A stretch of DNA of 54,147 bases from Octopus bimaculoides. Its lineage: Eukaryota. The notes under the pieces were generated by a model, which worked only from the letters and a program-made list of their open reading frames with translations, had not been told where the DNA came from and made no database searches. The DNA is taken from positions 46,485,308-46,539,454 of the forward strand of contig NC_068982.1 in assembly GCF_001194135.2 (NCBI RefSeq). The letters run 5' to 3'. The translations under genes and the position numbers were made by a program. Below, in pieces: positions 22,560 through 32,974 of this stretch (positions are counted from its first letter, which is position 1; each line of letters opens with the position of its first letter).

Positions 22560-23050
22560 AAATAATTAAGATTCGGTTGAATTAGGTACTTAAGTAGCAG
22601 CACTAAGTCAGTCCAGTATTATCCGCACAGCTCGAAGGTGAATAAAATCAAAACAAGCAACAGGATATCAAGAAGTGATGCAGTACGACCGTTTCAAGTA
22701 ACTCCATTTAATTGAACAATGCAATCATTACATCAATTTAAATGCAGAGCTATCATCAGCTGCACAAATAAATAGAATTTTAATTATTTGGACACATTAA
22801 TATAATTTTTCCCAAATACTTTAACAGAGCAAGAAGATGGAAGAAATCCATGTTGTCAATATTGTAGCTAAAAATAGACTACTCTTACAAGAAAGGCATG
22901 AAGCCCACTGGGGTCAGAGCTTGTAAAGGATTGTGATTCATTTCTAATTTATTTGCCTTTTTATCAACTACTAAATCTAAGACTAGAGGACAGTGTCTGA
23001 TTGGAATGAAAGGTAAGAGTGAGTTGACAGCTCATGGCTAGGTATGGTCA
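22560..23050 (-). mobile_element. Penelope-like 3' region (ORF end plus pseudo-LTR), family C module
   Basis: Minus LEMNHNPLQALTPVGF (22900-22947) resembles the PLE GIY-YIG end LE...I..L..L.P.G.N; followed by a hammerhead-like motif; homologous to 44085-44320. Confidence 0.5.
22680..22763 (-). ncRNA. Candidate minimal type I hammerhead ribozyme (PLE-type), probably decayed
   Basis: Minus: TGCAG-CTGATGA-[57 nt; TAGCTCT pairs with GGAGTTA]-GAAAC-GGTC-GTA-CTGCA. Stem I TGCAG/CTGCA closes around a GUA cleavage triplet. Confidence 0.5.
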
Positions 23051-23542
23051 TAAATACTGTCAAGCCATTAGGAGTAGTAAATTGGATGCGGAGCAACTGT
23101 CTATAAAAGGAGGCTGGGTTGAGGACGACCCTAAACAAAGATGTTAATTACCAGTTAAAGGGGCAAGACGCTAATAAAACCTATTATGTTAAAACAGAGG
23201 AAATTTTATCATGGGGTACTATGAGTGATTGTTTATAAACAATAGTGTTATGTTGTATAAAAATAAAATCTAAGATTATCAAAAATGATATCATAACAAA
23301 AATAGGTAAATTGTATGTATATATCAAATTTCAATATTAAAAAGAAAGATTACATAGAATCAGTTTAATATTCATTCATGTACTTAATTATTTACTTATT
23401 ATGTGGTTTCTATAAAGACTGATCAGGGCATTTACTTATGGAATACTAGAAAGATAAATATGCTATCTATATATTAATTATAACCTAAGAATCACAAAAA
23501 AATAAAGATGTGTATATGCACACACACACACACACACACACA

Positions 23543-23658
23543 CATTTATCTATGTGCTCACATGCACAAATATTTATACATTTATATGGATATAGAATAA
23601 CCATCTCATATAAGCTTAAGTAACTAAAAAGTATCCATTTACGAAGAAGAAAGACGAC
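23543..23658. repeat. 116-bp segment identical to 24700-24815
   Basis: Base-by-base identical; each copy abuts an N gap; a diverged third copy lies at about 24870-24980. Confidence 0.9.
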
Positions 23659-24655
23659 NNNNNNNNNNNNNNNNNNNNNNNNNNNNNNNNNNNNNNNNNN
23701 NNNNNNNNNNNNNNNNNNNNNNNNNNNNNNNNNNNNNNNNNNNNNNNNNNNNNNNNNNNNNNNNNNNNNNNNNNNNNNNNNNNNNNNNNNNNNNNNNNNN
23801 NNNNNNNNNNNNNNNNNNNNNNNNNNNNNNNNNNNNNNNNNNNNNNNNNNNNNNNNNNNNNNNNNNNNNNNNNNNNNNNNNNNNNNNNNNNNNNNNNNNN
23901 NNNNNNNNNNNNNNNNNNNNNNNNNNNNNNNNNNNNNNNNNNNNNNNNNNNNNNNNNNNNNNNNNNNNNNNNNNNNNNNNNNNNNNNNNNNNNNNNNNNN
24001 NNNNNNNNNNNNNNNNNNNNNNNNNNNNNNNNNNNNNNNNNNNNNNNNNNNNNNNNNNNNNNNNNNNNNNNNNNNNNNNNNNNNNNNNNGGGTAAAGATT
24101 ATTAAAAATAATGATTTATGCCAGTAGTCAGCATGCGTAAAGCAATGTCCGTAGACCATAAATATTTTTATAATATATACATGTGTATAAAATTATGCAC
24201 GAAGGGAAGAACCACTAATTGGTTTTTCTACATGCTAAAAAGAGATGTCAAATCCCCATTGAATTCACGATGTATAACGATAACACTCGATATGCAAGTG
24301 TCTCCTTTGTGATTAGGTATGTATATAAGTTTTATAATTATATGACCGCAGCAGTTTCTACTGAGGATCCACAGATGATTGATTCATTGATAAATTAATT
24401 AATTAATTTATTTATTTATTTGTTTATTCATTTATTTATTTATTTATTTATCTATATATCTATTTCTTTAATCATTAATGGTGAAACTTCGGAGTACAGA
24501 AATAACTGGGGTTTTTTTTTAATTCTTTCAAATTGTCCTGCCTACCTACATTCAACGTGCATAAATAAGAATGTTAATTCGTGTTTTGGGGATTTGACAT
24601 CTCTTTTCAGCATGTAGGAAGACCAATAAGTGGTTCTTCCCTTCTTGTATAATTT

Positions 24656-24689
<34 letters not shown>

Positions 24690-26409
24690 NNNNNNNNNNC
24701 ATTTATCTATGTGCTCACATGCACAAATATTTATACATTTATATGGATATAGAATAACCATCTCATATAAGCTTAAGTAACTAAAAAGTATCCATTTACG
24801 AAGAAGAAAGACGACAATTTATAAGGAATAAGAGGTTATAGGTTATGCACATGTATGCATATATACACACGTACAAATATTTATACGTTTATATGGATAT
24901 AGTATAACCATCTTGCATAGACCTAAGTAGCTGAAAAATATCTACTTAAGAACAGTAACAACTTATAAGGGATAAGAGGTTATATTAATGTATCCAACTG
25001 ATTCTTTTTATTTGTGCAGCTGATGATAGCTCTGCATTTAAATTGATGTAATGATTGCATATATATANNNNNNNNNNNNNNNNNNNNNNNNNNNNNNNNN
25101 NNNNNNNNNNNNNNNNNNNNNNNNNNNNNNNNNNNNNNNNNNNNNNNNNNNNNNNNNNNNNNNNNNNNNNNNNNNNNNNNNNNNNNNNNNNNNNNNNNNN
25201 NNNNNNNNNNNNNNNNNNNNNNNNNNNNNNNNNNNNNNNNNNNNNNNNNNNNNNNNNNNNNNNNNNNNNNNNNNNNNNNNNNNNNNNNNNNNNNNNNNNN
25301 NNNNNNNNNNNNNNNNNNNNNNNNNNNNNNNNNNNNNNNNNNNNNNNNNNNNNNNNNNNNNNNNNNNNNNNNNNNNNNNNNNNNNNNNNNNNNNNNNNNN
25401 NNNNNNNNNNNNNNNNNNNNNNNNNNNNNNNNNNNNNNNNNNNNNNNNNNNNNNNNNNNNNNNNNNNNNNNNNNNNNNNNNNNNNNNNNNNNNNNNNNNN
25501 NNNNNNNNNNNNNNNNNNNNNNNNNNNNNNNNNNNNNNNNNNNNNNNNNNNNNNNNNNNNNNNNNNNNNNNNNNNNNNNNNNNNNNNNNNNNNNNNNNNN
25601 NNNNNNNNNNNNNNNNNNNNNNNNNNNNNNNNNNNNNNNNNNNNNNNNNNNNNNNNNNNNNNNNNNNNNNNNNNNNNNNNNNNNNNNNNNNNNNNNNNNN
25701 NNNNNNNNNNNNNNNNNNNNNNNNNNNNNNNNNNNNNNNNNNNNNNNNNNNNNNNNNNNNNNNNNNNNNNNNNNNNNNNNNNNNNNNNNNNNNNNNNNNN
25801 NNNNNNNNNNNNNNNNNNNNNNNNNNNNNNNNNNNNNNNNNNNNNNNNNNNNNNNNNNNNNNNNNNNNNNNNNNNNNNNNNNNNNNNNTATATATATATA
25901 TATATATATATTGCCTGATGAGCGCGAGAATTGCATAATACATGGCGTAATCCAAAATATTAGTACAATGTTTACATTAAATAAAGATTCTTTGCTAAAC
26001 AATTGTCGCAAAATTGTCCATTCGTTTGTTAGTTGATAACTATTTTGCATCACTGTTCGTCGAATTACTAGTAAGCAAATGGAATTGCGGATTACCCAAC
26101 ATTATTGTCTCGTCTTCATCGATGGTTTCTGTACTGATAATGGACTACTTCACTGCCTGTGTGTCTGCGTGATTCTGTCTAGACAATCAGCGACGTACAA
26201 CATGCTGATGTACCTCGATATTCATATTTTATGAATCCTGTGTGTTTGCGTTTATATGTGTGTGTGTGTGTGTGTGTGTGCATGTGTGTGTGTGTGTTTT
26301 CATGTGTCTGTATGTGCCCGTGTATTTGCGCGTGTATGTATGTGTATGAATGCGTATTTCCATACAAGTACGTATGTATGATTTAATTCCAATTCTCAGT
26401 TCACTTCTT

Positions 26410-26960
26410 CCCATTCTTTCCTTTTCAGCGCCAACCTCTCTCTTACTCTTTCTCTCCCTCCCACTCCTTCATTCTCTCTCTCTCTTGCTCTCTCTCTCTC
26501 TCTTGCTCTCTCTCTCTCTTGCTCTCTCTCTCTCTTGCTCTCTTTCTCTCTCTTGCTCTCTCTCTCTCTTGCTGTCTCTCTCTCTCTCTTGCTCTCTCTC
26601 TTGCTCTCTCTCTTGCTCTCTCTCTCTTGCTCTCTCTCTCTCTCTCTCTTGCTCTCTCTCTCTCTCTCTTGCTCNNNNNNNNNNNNNNNNNNNNNNNNNN
26701 NNNNNNNNNNNNNNNNNNNNNNNNNNNNNNNNNNNNNNNNNTTCTCTCTCTCTCTTGCTCTCTCTCTCTCTCTTGCTCTCTCTCTCTCTTGCTCTCTCCC
26801 TCTCTCTTTCTCTCCTTTTTCTCATCCTCTTCTTCTCACTCTCTTATTCTCTGTCTTTCTCACCCTCACACACACACATTCCCCCCTCTCTCTCTCTAAC
26901 TTACTCCCATTCTCTCCTTCCCCTATCTCTACCACTACCCTTCTCTTTCCCTTGCTGTTA
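26410..26960. repeat. (CT)n/(CTCTCTCTTG)n pyrimidine-rich microsatellite
   Basis: Direct inspection; explains the LS/RE-repeat ORFs. Confidence 0.9.
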
Positions 26961-27338
26961 CCTCTCTCACTAAGTGATGCACGGTACAATAAATACCATA
27001 AATACTCAAAATACTCAAGCCCAGCTGTGATATGTCTATTCTGCTCACGGCCAAGCTTACTGCAAATGTTATCGATCACTTTGGATACTTGAACATCAAA
27101 AATAAAATAGATGTCCTTTCAAAATTGGTATAATACAAGAGAATGTAGAAGTAGTTAAATTGCTAAGATCGAGGATCAAGTCAAAGTACCATCTTTAACT
27201 AATCTATCAATAGCACAATGAATAGTTATATGACCAGGTGCTCTTATCAGTCGATCTTTATGCCTGAGTGCTGTTCCAGATCTCTTGTCTAATGAAATAT
27301 AATAGAAAATAAAAAGACTATTCTTTTACTTTCTATTT

Positions 27339-27410
27339 GTGGCTCTCTGGTTAAGAAGCATGCTTCCTAACCATGTTATCTTTGATTCAGTTCCACAGAA
27401 CGGCACCTTG
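27339..27410 (+). mobile_element. SINE type A head fragment
   Basis: GGTTAAGAAGCATGCTTCCTAACCATG..TTCAGTTCCAC..GGCACCTTGG. Confidence 0.7.
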
Positions 27411-27438
27411 GACTGAGAGAAGTACATTATATATATAC

Positions 27439-27790
27439 TCGACCTCGTCGGTCGTGAATGACCATGGGTGCACCTAAGAGGTTCCCCTCCGGGGTACAAG
27501 TCTGGGCGGAAAGTCGCCTCACCGGCGAACGCGCAATCTAGGGTTGATTTTATGGAAGACCAGCAGTCGCCCATGCATACCAGCCTCCTCTCGCTACGCC
27601 ACCGATTTTATCCAAGGGAAAGGCAAAGGCTGATATAGCTTGGCACCAGTGACGTCGCAACTCATTTCTACAGTCGAGTGAACTGGAGCAGCGTAAAATA
27701 AAGTGCCTTGCTCAAAAACACAACACGAAGCCCGGTCCGGGAATCGAACTCATAACCTCATGGTCTAACCACTGAATCATGCGCCTTCAC
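27439..27790 (-). mobile_element. SINE type C with a second 3' body variant
   Basis: Type C head and core at 27670-27790; body GGAGGCTGGTATGCATGGGCGACTGCTGGTCTTCC..CCATGGTCATTCACGACCGACGAGG differs from 285-410. Confidence 0.8.
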
Positions 27791-28958
27791 ATTTTATATA
27801 TATATATATATATATNNNNNNNNNNNNNNNNNNNNNNNNNNNNNNNNNNNNNNNNNNNNNNNNNNNNNNNNNNNNNNNGTACATAATAATATAAATAATA
27901 TATAAATATATGCATATATCCATACATATATGTACATACCTACATCTATATGTATACATGCATGCATACATGGGTACAGGGCATCAAAAAAACGTTAAAC
28001 ACAATGAGAAACGAAAACAGAAAACGAACTTTTTTCGAACAACGAAAGAAAAAAGCAAACAGAGAAACGAGACATGCAACATAAAGAGTATGCCCCTTCG
28101 TCAGTTGTCCCTGCTCCAGATGTAGGTATGTACATATATGTATGGATATATGCGTATATTTATATATTATTTATATCATTATATGATCGAACGCTATGCA
28201 TCCTTTTCCTAGTAAGTTTTATCTTAATAATTACAATGCGCACTCTTCTACTATCTCTTCTCTGTGTATTTCTCTCCCTCTCTTGTTCTTCATCCTTTCT
28301 GTTTTTCTCTCCCACCCTTTCCTTTTTCTTCTCTCCCTTTCACCGTTCCCTCTATCTCTCTCACTCTTCCTCCTTTCTTGTCCCTGACACGTGACGAAAG
28401 GGGATCTCTCTTTCTGTCTACTGCCTTCCTAAAGAAAAGACATGTTTTTTTCTGTCTCTTCTCTCATGGCACGTCTACCTAGCGTTCATAATAATTTTTC
28501 TATCGTCTTGGCTCAACAGCCCTCACAGTTTGTTTTTACTGTCTTGTTCTCACTCTCCTGTTAACACTTTCCTATTGTTAACACTTTCACCCTCCGCAAA
28601 TTTCTGAAATACCTCAGACCTAAAATATGACGCCATTGACATGGCTTGAACACGTTCATCATAAGTCTGCTCGATCAGAGCTGAGTATGTATTCAACATC
28701 AAGAACAGCAACGTTAACCATGTACGTTCGAGCCAACGAGAAAGTGCTATACATTCACTCAACTTGCAAAAAATAGCAGCCAGATCTTCTTCAAATACAA
28801 CATATGATGAAGACAATGGATAATGTGGTCATCAGTAGACACTACGTGAGATAAACAGATGGATTTTCAAAATTTGGACACCTTTTGGTATTGGTTTGCT
28901 CAATTAGGGTTGATATAAGACTAAAACAAAAGCATCAATCCAAGATTAATCACTTTAA

Positions 28959-29166
28959 CTCTTTAGTATTAAGATTTCTTTGTCAAATGTAATTTTATTC
29001 ATATTGTTTTGAATTAATCATGCATTATCTTATAGCTTCAAGATTTTTATGATGTAAATGTTTATTTTTAGGATAACATTGTAAGGTACGTGTGAGAGGC
29101 CAGATATGGCTGGTTTGAACATAAAGCATATTTGAACCCGATATGACCGGTTTAAATGCTAAAGGG
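28959..29166. mobile_element. piggyBac-like MITE
   Basis: TTAA at 28955-58 and 29167-70 flanks TIRs CTCTTTAGTATT and AATGCTAAAGGG (10/12 match). Confidence 0.75.
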
Positions 29167-30399
29167 TTAAAGATGCTAAAATGATGGGAAGCCATTATTC
29201 AATTTCGATTGGCTTTTACAAAAATATTTTCTCTCTCCGACGATGGACTTGACGTGAAATGAATGAATTCTCTTTTACCTCACAGCAAGCAAACGTATTC
29301 TTATTTGCACAATCCGGTAAATAATTTTTACCGACGCAGATAACCACTTCAATATTTGCAATCCTACATGAACTCATGCGATTTCAAAGTGAGATTTATG
29401 ATTCCAGAATGAGGCTTTGAAATCACTTTTCTCACTTCATAGCAGGAATAGCAATTCCAGAATCGGAAGCAAGCTATAACAATGGAAATAACACTTTTGT
29501 AGTTTGACCTCCTGTCATTGAAAAAGAACAGATTTGTCATTTTGTCTTGTTTATACAGAATATCACACTGAAGTGCGTGTGTGTATGTGTTCCAAGTAGT
29601 GTCATATTCCATTTTGGCGTATTCAACCGCATTGAATCTCATTACTAAATTTTTTATATTTTATTATGGATTTTCATAAGAACTTGCAGGATTATGTAGA
29701 AGTGAATGCAAATTCGCATATTACATTACTTTATAAATGAACAGTACCAACAGAGGATATACATACTCTGTAACAGGGTTAAAAAAATATGTGCTATTTG
29801 TGTGTATTTGCAAAACCAAGATCAGTATGCAGTTCACTCGCCATAGAAACGCAATATCACAAATTCACTTATTCGTGTTTATTTTGTGAAAAAATATTCA
29901 ATTACTACAGTTTGATGTATAATATACAAAGCGACATAAACAATACAATTTCAAAGCCTCATATAATTATAAACTTTATCAATGAGAAAAAATTCCGAGA
30001 AAAAAATTGCATTTTTATTGAATCGTCGACGAGTTAAGTCATTTTAAGTTTTAAGTGTAATGTACTCGCTTTGAAATTGTTAATCTCACTTTGATGCGGT
30101 ATATGCTCTCTTGGACATTATATAGTATCATCTTGTTGATTTGAACTATGCTCACTTTAAAATTGCTTTCCTAATTGAAATGCTACATGCTCATTTTGAA
30201 ATTGTTATTTTCACTTTGAAGCTACATGTGCTGACTTAGAACTACCAATACTTTATGTAGCTACTCTAGATCCTGATTTCATAGCTCTTTTCATTGCTCT
30301 CAGCTTTCTATATTAGAGTATGTGAGAGAATGTGAGAGAGTGAAAGAGAGAGAGAGAGAGGGAGAATATAGACATTCGACTGAGGACAAGCAGTATTGT

Positions 30400-30615
30400 T
30401 GTTGTTTAGCCTCAGATCATCTTCGATTAAGCAGATCTACGATCAAAGACACTATGGCCATCACTTTCTCATCATAATTTTTTTCAGGTGTTGCGTACCT
30501 AAAATTACTTTATCCAATGTGTATTTCGATTTTGTAATGTAGTATGTGCGTGCGTGTGTTACTCGAGGGAGATTTGGCTGCTATTTCTAACAAGTTGAGC
30601 GACTACGTAGAGTAT
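30400..30615 (+). mobile_element. Dispersed repeat family D
   Basis: TTTAGCCTCAGATCA...GAGGGAGATTTGGCTGCTATTTCTAACAAGTTGAGCGACTACGTAG. Confidence 0.6.
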
Positions 30616-30713
30616 TCTTTATTACTTCAGCCGAAGTCTTGTAGTACACTTTAAAAGCAAATAGCCATATAGTGTCCTCTGTGGCCATCTCCTTTTTGGC
30701 GGGTAACTCTTAC

Positions 30714-31078
30714 CTTTTATCTTTTACTTGTCTCGGTCATTGGACTGCAGCTATGCTGGGGCACCGCCTTGAAGTATTTTAGTCGAACTAATCGATCCAA
30801 GTACTTTCTTCTTAAGCCCGGTTCTTATTCTACGCTATGGAGACGTAGGCAAGCCAACATCTATTTTCAAGTGGTGGTAGAGAACAAACATAAAGACACA
30901 TACACCTAGATAAATGCACACAAACACATGCAGTACATACAATCATATTCGTGTGTGTGTGTGTGTGTGTGTGCGCACGCATGACATGCTTCTTTCAGCT
31001 TCCGTCAAATCCACTCACAAGGCTTTGGTCAGCCCGGAACTCGGAGCTAAAGTAGAAGTCACTTGCCCACGGTGCCAT
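30714..31078 (-). mobile_element. SINE type A (5'-truncated)
   Basis: Tail, body, (TG)n tract and part of the 5' half are recognisable. Confidence 0.8.
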
Positions 31079-31410
31079 ATTATTTATATTATTCTTTTCT
31101 TACTCGAAGTAACGTTTCCCCTGTTTGTGTGTGTGTGTTTCCTCTTAATAAAATCCTTCATTCTGTATCACTGCAGCATGAAAAGGCCCCATCATAATTA
31201 TTAACGGTAAAATTATTAGTGTCAAGAGAAAACACATTGTTTCTTTNNNNNNNNNNNNNNNNNNNNNNNNNNNNNNNNNNNNNNNNNNNNNNNNNNNNNN
31301 NNNNNNNNNNNNNNNNNNNNNNNNNNNNNNNNNNNNNNNNNNNNNNNNNNNNNNNNNNNNNNNNNNNNNNNNNNNNNNNNNNNNNNNNNNNNNNNNNNNN
31401 NNNNNNNNNN

Positions 31411-31828
31411 CTAGCAGAAACGTTAGCACGCCGGGAGAAATGCTTAGCGGTATTTCGTCTACCGCTACGTTCTGAGTTCAAATTCCGCCGAGGTCGACTT
31501 TGCCTTTCATTCTTTCGGGATCGATAAATTGAATAGCAGTTACGCACTGGGGTCGATGTAATCGACTTAATCCGTTTGTCTGTCCTTGTTTGTCCCCTCT
31601 ATGTTTTGCCCCTTGTTGGCAATAAAGAAATAAGAAACGTTAGTACGCCGGGCGAAATGCTTAGCGGTATTTCGTCTGTCTTTACGTTCTCAGTTCAAAT
31701 TCCGCCGAGGTCAACTTTGCCTTTCTTCCTTTCGGAGTCGATAAATTGAGTACCAGTTGCATACTGGGATCGATGTAATCGACTAGTCCCCGCCCCAAAA
31801 ATTTCGGGCCTCTTGCCTTGAGTAGAAA
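31411..31828 (+). mobile_element. Head-to-tail pair of type B SINEs with different tails
   Basis: Copy 1 (31411-31633) ends TTTGTCCCCTCTATGTTTTGCCCCTTG; copy 2 (31634-31828) ends CCCCAAAATTTCGGGCCTC. Confidence 0.9.
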
Positions 31829-32005
31829 TGGATGTAACCGAATGGAACCGATATAACCAAATACAACCTTTGTCAGAAATTATTATCGTAACGTCTTCCA
31901 ATCATTTCACGCCATTTTGTGTCACAGCATCTCAAGGTATACTTGTGTTCCTCAAGTGCACAAAATATCTTACCTTCTAATTAACTACGTTGTAGAATTT
32001 TGATT

Positions 32006-32126
32006 GTGAAGGCGCATAGCTTCGTGGTTGGGGTATTCGGCTCGCGATCGTAAGGTTCCGAGTTCAATACCTGGCGGCGTGTTGTGACCTTGAGCAAGAC
32101 ATTTCATTTAACGTTTCTTCAGTCCA
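32006..32126 (+). mobile_element. SINE type C head and core
   Basis: GAAGGCGCATAGC..GTGGTT..GATCGTAAGG..AGTTCAATACC..GTTGTGACCTTGAGCAAGACATTTCATT. Confidence 0.75.
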
Positions 32127-32130
32127 AAAT

Positions 32131-32736
32131 TTCCTTTTATTTTTACTTGTTTCAATCAGTAGACTGCAGCCATGCTGGAGCACCTGCTTGGAGAATGTTT
32201 TTCTCTTTTCAGTCGACTGAATCGAACCCAGTACTTTTTTTAAGTCTGGTACTTATTCTATAGGTCTGTTTTGCCGAACCACTATGTTACGGAGACGTAA
32301 ACACACCAACACCAGTTGTCAAGTAGTGGTGGGGGACAAACACAGACATAAACACACACATACACACACGTATATATATATATATATATATATACTACAA
32401 CGAGCTTCTTTCAGTTTCCGTCTACCAAATCTACTCACAAGGCTTGGTTGGCCCAAGGTCATAGTAGAAGACACTTACCCAAGCTACCACGCAGTGGGAC
32501 TGAACCCGGATCTATGTGGTAGGGAAGCAAGCTTCTTATTTCGGTATTGCCCACAAGGGGCTAAACATAGAGGGGACAAACAAGGACAGATAAAGGGGTT
32601 AAGTCGATTACATCGACCCCAGTGCGTAACTGGTACTTAATTTATCGACCCCGAAAGGATAAAAGGCAAAGTCGACCTCGGCGGAATTTGAACTCAGAAC
32701 GTAACGGTAAGCTTCTTACCACACAGTCACGCCTGC
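32131..32736 (-). mobile_element. Full-length SINE type A, interrupted in its head by a type B SINE
   Basis: Head split at AAGCTTCTTA, which is duplicated at 32529-38 and 32709-18. Confidence 0.9.
32539..32708 (-). mobile_element. 5'-truncated SINE type B with a 10-bp TSD
   Basis: Type B core and tail flanked by the AAGCTTCTTA direct repeats. Confidence 0.9.
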
Positions 32737-32842
32737 ACTTACTGTTTTGTTGTTGTTGTTGATTTTTTCTTAGGCGGGTCCACCATCCATTGCCGGCTTA
32801 CTAAGCCTGTCGTGGCTTCATCGTAATACTTATTTTTGCTAT

Positions 32843-32974
32843 CTGAGTAGATTGGAGCAACGTGAAAGGAAGCGTTTTGCTCAAAAACACAACGCGTCAC
32901 CCGGTCCAGGAATCGAAACCACGATCTTGCGATCATGACTCCCACACCCTAACCACTAAACTACGTGCCCCCAC
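32843..32974 (-). mobile_element. SINE type C head and core
   Basis: GGAGCAACGTGAAAGGAAG..TTGCTCAAAAACACAAC..GGAATCGAAACC..CCTAACCACTAA. Confidence 0.8.

Noticed and set aside
26350-27092. LS-rich and RE-rich ORFs
   Set aside because: Translations of a CT/GA microsatellite.
28550-28816. VFQKFAEGESV and 52690-52830 RW..Q.G.TG, mariner/Tc1 N-terminal-like words
   Set aside because: Single short motifs without TIRs or colinear support.
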